64,000 nt of DNA from Auanema rhodensis (taxonomy: Eukaryota; Animalia; Nematoda): the NCBI GenBank assembly GCA_964057225.1, contig OZ059897.1, positions 186,001-250,000 of the forward strand, given 5' to 3'. The notes beneath the pieces were generated by a model that ran no database searches, was not told the DNA's origin, and was given only the letters and a program-made list of their open reading frames with translations. The position numbers were made by a program, and so were the translations under genes. Positions 1 to 10,600 of this stretch are shown piece by piece; position 1 is the first letter of the stretch; every line of letters starts with the position of its first letter.

Positions 1-351
1 GCCTTGAAAAAAGGAATCTAAAAACATCTACTTTTTGCTAAATTATTTTGAAATTTTTTGAAAAAATTTTTGTCAAAATGTTTTTGGAAGCATTGTTGAA
101 TGTACATGGAAACTCAACATACACTAATGCATCATTTTTCAAAGGATCATAACTAATTTTTGTATTAAGCGTTTCTCAATGTAGTATAGTGCATTCGATG
201 CGGATTTTTAAGCTGCGTCGATCTGTGTTATCAGATTTGCGCTAGCTTAAAAATGCACCGAGATATCAACTGATATAAGTTCACACCTATATCCTCGATT
301 TTCACCCTGAAGAATTAATTTTTTCGTTGAATAACATTGTCCATCGTCTTT
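1..351 (+). repeat. Representative monomer (phase arbitrary). Consensus: gccttgaaaaaaggaatctaaaaacatctactttttgctaaattattttgaaatttttcgaaaaaatttttgtcaaaatgtttttggaagca(a/t)tgttgagtgtacatggaaactcaacatacactaatgcatcatttttcaaacgatcataactaatttttgtattaagcgtttctcaatgtagtatagtgcattcgatgcggatttttaagctgcgtcgatctgtgttatcagatttgcgctagcttaaaaatgcaccgagatatcaactgatataagttcacacttatatcctcgattttcaccctgaagaattaattttttcgttgaataacattgtccatcgtcttt
   Basis: Read from the sequence by comparing successive copies. Monomer 1 itself carries C59T, G100A, C144G and T287C relative to this consensus. Confidence 0.95.
204..254. other. Long imperfect inverted repeat (hairpin/cruciform potential), present in every monomer
   Basis: ATTTTTAAGCT (204-214) is the exact reverse complement of AGCTTAAAAAT (244-254). 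Inside it, GCG (215-217) pairs with CGC (240-242) and ATCTG (221-225) pairs with CAGAT (232-236), around a 6-nt loop TGTTAT. Confidence 0.9.
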
Positions 352-367
352 GCCTTGAATAAAAGAA

Positions 368-439
368 TCTAAAAACATCTACTTTTTGCTAAATTATTTT
401 GAAATTTTTCGAAAAAATTTTTGTCAAAATGTTTTTGGA
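368..439. other. A/T-tract-rich nested dyad region at monomer positions 17-88 (shown in monomer 2)
   Basis: Perfect palindromes TTTTTCGAAAAA (54-65) and AAAAATTTTT (62-71); inverted pairs ATTTTGA (45-51)/TCAAAAT (73-79) and AAAAACAT (20-27)/ATGTTTTT (78-85). Confidence 0.8.
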
Positions 440-443
440 AGCA

Positions 444-471
444 ATGTTGAGTGTACATGGAAACTCAACAT
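444..471. other. Inverted repeat at monomer positions 93-120 (shown in monomer 2): 9-bp stem, 10-nt loop
   Basis: ATGTTGAGT-gtacatggaa-ACTCAACAT. The stem is 9 bp in A93 monomers and 8 bp in T93 monomers. Confidence 0.9.
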
Positions 472-1675
472 ACACTAATGCATCATTTTTCAAACGATTA
501 TTACTAATTTTTGTATTAAGCGTTTCTCAATGTAGTATAGTGCATTCGATGCGGATTTTTAAGCTGCGTCGAACTGTGTTATCAGATTTGCGCTAGCTTA
601 AAAATGCACCGAGATATCAACTGATATAAGTTCACACATATATCCTCGATTTTCACCCTGAAGAATTAATTTTTTCGTTGAATAACATTGTCCATCGTCT
701 TTGCCTTGAAAAATGGAATCTAAAAACATCTACTTTTTGCTAAATTATTCTGAAATTTTTCGAAAAAATTTTTGTCAAAATGTTTTTGGAAGCATTGTTG
801 AGTGTACATGGAAACTCAACATACACTAATGCATCATTTTTCAAAGGATCATAACTAATTTTTGTATTAAGCGTTTCTCAATGTAGTATAGTGCATTCGA
901 TGCGGATTTTTAAGCTGCGTCGATCTGTGTTATCAGATTTGCGCTAGCTTAAAAATGCACCGAGATATCAACTGATATATGTTCACACTTATATCCTCGA
1001 TTTTCACCCTGAAGAATTAATTTTTTCGTTGAATAACATTGTCCATCGTCTTTGCCTTAAATAAAGGAATCTAAAAACATCTACTTTTTGCTAAATTATT
1101 TTGAAATTTTTCGAAAAAATTTTTGTCAAAATGTTTTTGGAAGCATTGTTGAGTGTACATGGAAACTCAACATACACTAATGCATCATTTTTCAAACGAT
1201 CATAACTAATTTTTGTATCAAGCGTTTCTCAATGTAGTTTAGTGCATTCGATGCGGATTTTTAAGCTGCGTCGATCTGTGTTATCAGATTTGCGCTAGCT
1301 TAAAAATGCACCGAGATATCAACTGATATATGTTCACACTTATATCCTCGATTTTCACCCTGAAGAATTAATTTTTTCGTTGAATAACATTGTCCATCGT
1401 CTTTGCCTTAAATAAAGGAATCTAAAAACATCTACTTTTTGCTAAATTATTTTGAAATTTTTCGAAAAAATTTTTGTCAAAATGTTTTTGGAAGCAATGT
1501 TGAGTGTACATGGAAACTCAACATACACTAATGCATCATTTTTCAAACGATCATAACTAATTTTTGTATTAAGCGTTTCTCAATGTAGTATAGTGCATTC
1601 GATGCGGATTTTTAAGCTGCGTCGATCTGTGTTATCAGATTTGCGCTAGCTTAAAAATGCACCGAGATATCAACT

Positions 1676-1697
1676 GATATAAGTTCACACTTATATC
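1676..1697. other. Inverted repeat at monomer positions 272-293 (shown in monomer 5): 9-bp stem, 4-nt loop
   Basis: GATATAAGT-tcac-ACTTATATC. It is flanked by CGAG (259-262)/CTCG (294-297) and overlaps a competing dyad ATATCA-ac-TGATAT (263-276). Confidence 0.9.
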
Positions 1698-4600
1698 CTC
1701 GATTTTCACCCTGAAGAAATAATTTTTTCGTTGAATAACATTGTCCATCGTCTTTGCCTTGAAAAATGGAATCTAAAAACATCTACTTTTTGCTAAATTA
1801 TTCTGAAATTTTTCGAAAAAATTTTTGTCAAAATGTTTTTGGAAGCATTGTTGAGTGTACATGGAAACTCAACATACACTAATGCATCATTTTTCAAAGG
1901 ATCATAACTAATTTTTGTATTAAGCGTTTCTCAATGTAGTATAGTGCATTCGATGCGGATTTTTAAGCTGCGTCGATCTGTGTTATCAGATTTGCGCTAG
2001 CTTAAAAATGCACCGAGATATCAACTGATATAAGTTCACACTTATATCCTCGATTTTCACCCTGAAGAAATAATTTTTTCGTTGAATAACATTGTCCATC
2101 GTCTTTGCCTTGAAAAATGGAATCTAAAAACATCTACTTTTTGCTAAATTATTCTGAAATTTTTCGAAAAAATTTTTGTCAAAATGTTTTTGGAAGCAAT
2201 GTTGAGTGTACATGGAAACTCAACATACACTAATGCATCATTTTTCAAACGATCATAACTAATTTTTGTATCAAGCGTTTCTCAATGTAGTTTAGTGCAT
2301 TCGATGCGGATTTTTAAGCTGCGTCGATCTCTGTTATCAGATTTGCGCTAGCTTAAAAATGCACCGAGATATCAACTGATATAAGTTCACACTTATATCC
2401 TCGATTTTCACCCTGAAGAAATAATTTTTTCGTTGAATAACATTGTCCATCGTTTTTGCCTCGAAAAAAGGAATCTAAAAACATCTACTTTTTGCTAAAT
2501 TATTTTGAAATTTTTTGAAAAAATTTTTGTCAAAATGTTTTTGGAAGCATTGTTGAATGTACATGGAAACTCAACATACACTAATGCATCATTTTTCAAA
2601 GGATCATAACTAATTTTTGTATTAAGCGTTTCTCAATGTAGTATAGTGCATTCGATGCGGATTTTTAAGCTGCGTCGATCTGTGTTATCAGATTTGCGCT
2701 AGCTTAAAAATGCACCGAGATATCAACTGATATAAGTTCACACCTATATCCTCGATTTTCACCCTGAAGAATTAATTTTTTCGTTGAATAACATTGTCCA
2801 TCGTCTTTGCCTTGAATAAAAGAATCTAAAAACATCTACTTTTTGCTAAATTATTTTGAAATTTTTCGAAAAAATTTTTGTCAAAATGTTTTTGGAAGCA
2901 ATGTTGAGTGTACATGGAAACTCAACATACACTAATGCATCATTTTTCAAACGATTATAACTAATTTTTGTATTAAGCGTTTCTCAATGTAGTATAGTGC
3001 ATTCGATGCGGATTTTTAAGCTGCGTCGAACTGTGTTATCAGATTTGCGCTAGCTTAAAAATGCACCGAGATATCAACTGATATAAGTTCACACATATAT
3101 CCTCGATTTTCACCCTGAAGAATTAATTTTTTCGTTGAATAACATTGTCCATCGTCTTTGCCTTGAAAAATGGAATCTAAAAACATCTACTTTTTGCTAA
3201 ATTATTCTGAAATTTTTCGAAAAAATTTTTGTCAAAATGTTTTTGGAAGCATTGTTGAGTGTACATGGAAACTCAACATACACTAATGCATCATTTTTCA
3301 AACGATTATAACTAATTTTTGTATTAAGCGTTTCTCAATGTAGTATAGTGCATTCGATGCGGATTTTTAAGCTGCGTCGAACTGTGTTATCAGATTTGCG
3401 CTAGCTTAAAAATGCACCGAGATATCAACTGATATAAGTTCACACATATATCCTCGATTTTCACCCTGAAGAATTAATTTTTTCGTTGAATAACATTGTC
3501 CATCGTCTTTGCCTTGAAAAATGGAATCTAAAAACATCTACTTTTTGCTAAATTATTCTGAAATTTTTCGAAAAAATTTTTGTCAAAATGTTTTTGGAAG
3601 CATTGTTGAGTGTACATGGAAACTCAACATACACTAATGCATCATTTTTCAAAGGATCATAACTAATTTTTGTATTAAGCGTTTCTCAATGTAGTATAGT
3701 GCATTCGATGCGGATTTTTAAGCTGCGTCGATCTGTGTTATCAGATTTGCGCTAGCTTAAAAATGCACCGAGATATCAACTGATATATGTTCACACTTAT
3801 ATCCTCGATTTTCACCCTGAAGAATTAATTTTTTCGTTGAATAACATTGTCCATCGTCTTTGCCTTAAATAAAGGAATCTAAAAACATCTACTTTTTGCT
3901 AAATTATTTTGAAATTTTTCGAAAAAATTTTTGTCAAAATGTTTTTGGAAGCAATGTTGAGTGTACATGGAAACTCAACATACACTAATGCATCATTTTT
4001 CAAACGATCATAACTAATTTTTGTATTAAGCGTTTCTCAATGTAGTATAGTGCATTCGATGCGGATTTTTAAGCTGCGTCGATCTGTGTTATCAGATTTG
4101 CGCTAGCTTAAAAATGCACCGAGATATCAACTGATATATGTTCACACTTATATCCTCGATTTTCACCCTGAAGAATTAATTTTTTCGTTGAATAACATTG
4201 TCCATCGTCTTTGCCTTAAATAAAGGAATCTAAAAACATCTACTTTTTGCTAAATTATTTTGAAATTTTTCGAAAAAATTTTTGTCAAAATGTTTTTGGA
4301 AGCAATGTTGAGTGTACATGGAAACTCAACATACACTAATGCATCATTTTTCAAACGATCATAACTAATTTTTGTATTAAGCGTTTCTCAATGTAGTATA
4401 GTGCATTCGATGCGGATTTTTAAGCTGCGTCGATCTGTGTTATCAGATTTGCGCTAGCTTAAAAATGCACCGAGATATCAACTGATATAAGTTCACACTT
4501 ATATCCTCGATTTTCACCCTGAAGAAATAATTTTTTCGTTGAATAACATTGTCCATCGTCTTTGCCTTGAAAAATGGAATCTAAAAACATCTACTTTTTG

Positions 4601-7600
4601 CTAAATTATTCTGAAATTTTTCGAAAAAATTTTTGTCAAAATGTTTTTGGAAGCATTGTTGAGTGTACATGGAAACTCAACATACACTAATGCATCATTT
4701 TTCAAAGGATCATAACTAATTTTTGTATTAAGCGTTTCTCAATGTAGTATAGTGCATTCGATGCGGATTTTTAAGCTGCGTCGATCTGTGTTATCAGATT
4801 TGCGCTAGCTTAAAAATGCACCGAGATATCAACTGATATAAGTTCACACTTATATCCTCGATTTTCACCCTGAAGAAATAATTTTTTCGTTGAATAACAT
4901 TGTCCATCGTCTTTGCCTTGAAAAATGGAATCTAAAAACATCTACTTTTTGCTAAATTATTCTGAAATTTTTCGAAAAAATTTTTGTCAAAATGTTTTTG
5001 GAAGCAATGTTGAGTGTACATGGAAACTCAACATACACTAATGCATCATTTTTCAAACGATCATAACTAATTTTTGTATCAAGCGTTTCTCAATGTAGTT
5101 TAGTGCATTCGATGCGAATTTTTAAGCTGCGTCGATCTCTGTTATCAGATTTGCGCTAGCTTAAAAATGCACCGAGATATCAACTGATATAAGTTCACAC
5201 TTATATCCTCGATTTTCACCCTGAAGAAATAATTTTTTCGTTGAATAACATTGTCCATCGTTTTTGCCTTGAAAAAAGGAATCTAAAAACATCTACTTTT
5301 TGCTAAATTATTTTGAAATTTTTTGAAAAAATTTTTGTCAAAATGTTTTTGGAAGCATTGTTGAATGTACATGGAAACTCAACATACACTAATGCATCAT
5401 TTTTCAAAGGATCATAACTAATTTTTGTATTAAGCGTTTCTCAATGTAGTATAGTGCATTCGATGCGGATTTTTAAGCTGCGTCGATCTGTGTTATCAGA
5501 TTTGCGCTAGCTTAAAAATGCACCGAGATATCAACTGATATAAGTTCACACTTATATCCTCGATTTTCACCCTGAAGAAATAATTTTTTCGTTGAATAAC
5601 ATTGTCCATCGTCTTTGCCTTGAAAAATGGAATCTAAAAACATCTACTTTTTGCTAAATTATTCTGAAATTTTTCGAAAAAATTTTTGTCAAAATGTTTT
5701 TGGAAGCAATGTTGAGTGTACATGGAAACTCAACATACACTAATGCATCATTTTTCAAACGATCATAACTAATTTTTGTATCAAGCGTTTCTCAATGTAG
5801 TTTAGTGCATTCGATGCGGATTTTTAAGCTGCGTCGATCTGTGTTATCAGATTTGCGCTAGCTTAAAAATGCACCGAGATATCAACTGATATATGTTCAC
5901 ACTTATATCCTCGATTTTCACCCTGAAGAATTAATTTTTTCGTTGAATAACATTGTCCATCGTCTTTGCCTTAAATAAAGGAATCTAAAAACAGCTACTT
6001 TTTGCTAAATTATTTTGAAATTTTTCGAAAAAATTTTTGTCAAAATGTTTTTGGAAGCAATGTTGAGTGTACATGGAAACTCAACATACACTAATGCATC
6101 ATTTTTCAAACGATCATAACTAACTTTTGTATCAAGCGTTTCTCAATTAAGTATAGTGCATTCGATGCGCATTTTTAAGCTGCGTCGATCTGTGTTATCA
6201 GATTTGCGCTAGCTTAAAAATGCACCGAGATATCAACTGATATAAGTTCACACTTATATCCTCGATTTTCACCCTGAAGAATTAATTTTTTCGTTGAATA
6301 ACACTGTCCATCGTCTTTGCCTTGAAAAATGGAATCTAAAAACATCTACTTTTTGCTAAATTATTTTGAAATTTTTCGAAAAAATTTTTGTCAAAATGTT
6401 TTTGGAAGCAATGTTGAGTGTACATGGAAACTCAACATACACTAATGCATCATTTTTCAAACGATCATAACTAATTTTTGTATTAAGCGTTTCTCAATGT
6501 AGTATAGTGCTTTCGATGCGGATTTTTAAGCTGCGTCGATCTGTGTTATCAGATTTGCGCTAGCTTAAAAATGCACCGAGATATCAACTGATATAAGTTC
6601 ACACTTATATCCTCGATTTTCACCCTGAAGAAATAATTTTTTCGTTGAATAACATTGTCCATCGTCTTTGCCTTGAAAAATGGAATCTAAAAACATCTAC
6701 TTTTTGCTAAATTATTTTGAAATTTTTCGAAAAAATTTTTGTCAAAATGTTTTTGGAAGCAATGTTGAGTGTACATGGAAACTCAACATACACTAATGCA
6801 TCATTTTTCAAACGATCATAACTAACTTTTGTATCAAGCGTTTCTCAATTAAGTATAGTGCATTCGATGCGCATTTTTAAGCTGCGTCGATCTGTGTTAT
6901 CAGATTTGCGCTAGCTTAAAAATGCACCGAGATATCAACTGATATAAGTTCACACTTATATCCTCGATTTTCACCCTGAAGAATTAATTTTTTCGTTGAA
7001 TAACACTGTCCATCGTCTTTGCCTTGAAAAATGGAATCTAAAAACATCTACTTTTTGCTAAATTATTTTGAAATTTTTCGAAAAAATTTTTGTCAAAATG
7101 TTTTTGGAAGCAATGTTGAGTGTACATGGAAACTCAACATACACTAATGCATCATTTTTCAAACGATCATAACTAATTTTTGTATTAAGCGTTTCTCAAT
7201 GTAGTATAGTGCTTTCGATGCGGATTTTTAAGCTGCGTCGATCTGTGTTATCAGATTTGCGCTAGCTTAAAAATGCACCGAGATATCAACTGATATAAGT
7301 TCACACTTATATCCTCGATTTTCACCCTGAAGAAATAATTTTTTCGTTGAATAACATTGTCCATCGTCTTTGCCTTGAAAAATGGAATCTAAAAACATCT
7401 ACTTTTTGCTAAATTATTCTGAAATTTTTCGAAAAAATTTTTGTCAAAATGTTTTTGGAAGCAATGTTGAGTGTACATGGAAACTCAACATACACTAATG
7501 CATCATTTTTCAAACGATCATAACTAATTTTTGTATCAAGCGTTTCTCAATGTAGTTTAGTGCATTCGATGCGGATTTTTAAGCTGCGTCGATCTCTGTT

Positions 7601-10600
7601 ATCAGATTTGCGCTAGCTTAAAAATGCACCGAGATATCAACTGATATAAGTTCACACTTATATCCTCGATTTTCACCCTGAAGAAATAATTTTTTCGTTG
7701 AATAACATTGTCCATCGTTTTTGCCTTGAAAAAAGGAATCTAAAAACATCTACTTTTTGCTAAATTATTTTGAAATTTTTTGAAAAAATTTTTGTCAAAA
7801 TGTTTTTGGAAGCATTGTTGAATGTACATGGAAACTCAACATACACTAATGCATCATTTTTCAAAGGATCATAACTAATTTTTGTATTAAGCGTTTCTCA
7901 ATGTAGTATAGTGCATTCGATGCGGATTTTTAAGCTGCGTCGATCTGTGTTATCAGATTTGCGCTAGCTTAAAAATGCACCGAGATATCAACTGATATAA
8001 GTTCACACTTATATCCTCGATTTTCACCCTGAAGAAATAATTTTTTCGTTGAATAACATTGTCCATCGTCTTTGCCTTGAAAAATGGAATCTAAAAACAT
8101 CTACTTTTTGCTAAATTATTCTGAAATTTTTCGAAAAAATTTTTGTCAAAATGTTTTTGGAAGCAATGTTGAGTGTACATGGAAACTCAACATACACTAA
8201 TGCATCATTTTTCAAACGATCATAACTAATTTTTGTATCAAGCGTTTCTCAATGTAGTTTAGTGCATTCGATGCGGATTTTTAAGCTGCGTCGATCTCTG
8301 TTATCAGATTTGCGCTAGCTTAAAAATGCACCGAGATATCAACTGATATATGTTCACACTTATATCCTCGATTTTCACCCTGAAGAATTAATTTTTTCGT
8401 TGAATAACATTGTCCATCGTTTTTGCCTTGAAAAAAGGAATCTAAAAACATCTACTTTTTGCTAAATTATTTTGAAATTTTTTGAAAAAATTTTTGTCAA
8501 AATGTTTTTGGAAGCATTGTTGAATGTACATGGAAACTCAACATACACTAATGCATCATTTTTCAAAGGATCATAACTAATTTTTGTATTAAGCGTTTCT
8601 CAATGTAGTATAGTGCATTCGATGCGGATTTTTAAGCTGCGTCGATCTGTGTTATCAGATTTGCGCTAGCTTAAAAATGCACCGAGATATCAACTGATAT
8701 AAGTTCACACTTATATCCTCGATTTTCACCCTGAAGAAATAATTTTTTCGTTGAATAACATTGTCCATCGTCTTTGCCTTGAAAAATGGAATCTAAAAAC
8801 ATCTACTTTTTGCTAAATTATTCTGAAATTTTTCGAAAAAATTTTTGTCAAAATGTTTTTGGAAGCAATGTTGAGTGTACATGGAAACTCAACATACACT
8901 AATGCATCATTTTTCAAACGATCATAACTAATTTTTGTATCAAGCGTTTCTCAATGTAGTTTAGTGCATTCGATGCGGATTTTTAAGCTGCGTCGATCTG
9001 TGTTATCAGATTTGCGCTAGCTTAAAAATGCACCGAGATATCAACTGATATATGTTCACACTTATATCCTCGATTTTCACCCTGAAGAATTAATTTTTTC
9101 GTTGAATAACATTGTCCATCGTCTTTGCCTTAAATAAAGGAATCTAAAAACAGCTACTTTTTGCTAAATTATTTTGAAATTTTTCGAAAAAATTTTTGTC
9201 AAAATGTTTTTGGAAGCAATGTTGAGTGTACATGGAAACTCAACATACACTAATGCATCATTTTTCAAACGATCATAACTAACTTTTGTATCAAGCGTTT
9301 CTCAATTAAGTATAGTGCATTCGATGCGCATTTTTAAGCTGCGTCGATCTGTGTTATCAGATTTGCGCTAGCTTAAAAATGCACCGAGATATCAACTGAT
9401 ATAAGTTCACACTTATATCCTCGATTTTCACCCTGAAGAATTAATTTTTTCGTTGAATAACACTGTCCATCGTCTTTGCCTTGAAAAATGGAATCTAAAA
9501 ACATCTACTTTTTGCTAAATTATTTTGAAATTTTTCGAAAAAATTTTTGTCAAAATGTTTTTGGAAGCAATGTTGAGTGTACATGGAAACTCAACATACA
9601 CTAATGCATCATTTTTCAAACGATCATAACTAATTTTTGTATTAAGCGTTTCTCAATGTAGTATAGTGCTTTCGATGCGGATTTTTAAGCTGCGTCGATC
9701 TGTGTTATCAGATTTGCGCTAGCTTAAAAATGCACCGAGATATCAACTGATATAAGTTCACACTTATATCCTCGATTTTCACCCTGAAGAAATAATTTTT
9801 TCGTTGAATAACATTGTCCATCGTCTTTGCCTTGAAAAATGGAATCTAAAAACATCTACTTTTTGCTAAATTATTTTGAAATTTTTCGAAAAAATTTTTG
9901 TCAAAATGTTTTTGGAAGCAATGTTGAGTGTACATGGAAACTCAACATACACTAATGCATCATTTTTCAAACGATCATAACTAATTTTTGTATTAAGCGT
10001 TTCTCAATGTAGTATAGTGCTTTCGATGCGGATTTTTAAGCTGCGTCGATCTGTGTTATCAGATTTGCGCTAGCTTAAAAATGCACCGAGATATCAACTG
10101 ATATAAGTTCACACCTATATCCTCGATTTTCACCCTGAAGAATTAATTTTTTCGTTGAATAACATTGTCCATCGTCTTTGCCTTGAATAAAAGAATCTAA
10201 AAACATCTACTTTTTGCTAAATTATTTTGAAATTTTTCGAAAAAATTTTTGTCAAAATGTTTTTGGAAGCAATGTTGAGTGTACATGGAAACTCAACATA
10301 CACTAATGCATCATTTTTCAAACGATTATAACTAATTTTTGTATTAAGCGTTTCTCAATGTAGTATAGTGCATTCGATGCGGATTTTTAAGCTGCGTCGA
10401 ACTGTGTTATCAGATTTGCGCTAGCTTAAAAATGCACCGAGATATCAACTGATATAAGTTCACACATATATCCTCGATTTTCACCCTGAAGAATTAATTT
10501 TTTCGTTGAATAACATTGTCCATCGTCTTTGCCTTGAAAAATGGAATCTAAAAACATCTACTTTTTGCTAAATTATTCTGAAATTTTTCGAAAAAATTTT

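Noticed and set aside
65-163. Sm-site-like AATTTTTG motifs (65-72, 155-162) suggesting a tandem snRNA/SL-RNA gene cluster; also considered 5S rRNA or tRNA tandem genes
   Set aside because: The motif is expected by chance in T-tract-rich DNA. I recognised no spliced-leader, U snRNA, 5S or tRNA sequence, and no pol III A/B boxes.
241-246. Helitron 3' end (hairpin plus CTAG) or MITE termini
   Set aside because: The CTAG lies inside the hairpin arm rather than downstream of it. There are no terminal inverted repeats, target-site duplications or flanking non-repeat sequence in the window to support an element boundary.
322-338. CENP-B-box-like TTTCGTTGAATAACATT
   Set aside because: It matches only the TTCG....A half of NTTCGNNNNANNCGGGN; the essential CGGG is absent.
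1-351. Assignment to known ~350-360-bp satellites (Drosophila 1.688/359-bp, Tribolium TCAST, Pimelia PIM357, Chironomus telomeric repeats)
   Set aside because: Similar length and AT content only. I cannot recognise diagnostic sequence identity without a database search.
1-351. Internal ~175-bp dimeric substructure of the monomer
   Set aside because: The two halves do not align by eye beyond short A/T-rich words.
307-360. Possible hammerhead ribozyme (CTGAAGA matches CUGANGA; satellite-encoded hammerheads are known from newts, schistosomes and Dolichopoda crickets)
   Set aside because: No stem II closes between CTGAAGA and the next GAAA, no helix I/III with an NUH site could be built, and the motif is commonly mutated (CTGAAGG, CAGAAGA). 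The minus strand offers only CTGATAA. An Infernal/RNAMotif scan would be the formal test.
399-596. 65-aa ORF from the supplied track (MKFFEKIF...)
   Set aside because: It lies wholly in monomer 2, starts at TTG, and exists only because a private A151T change at position 502 removes the TAA stop (CGA TCA TAA in the consensus) that I saw in the other copies. No recognisable domain.
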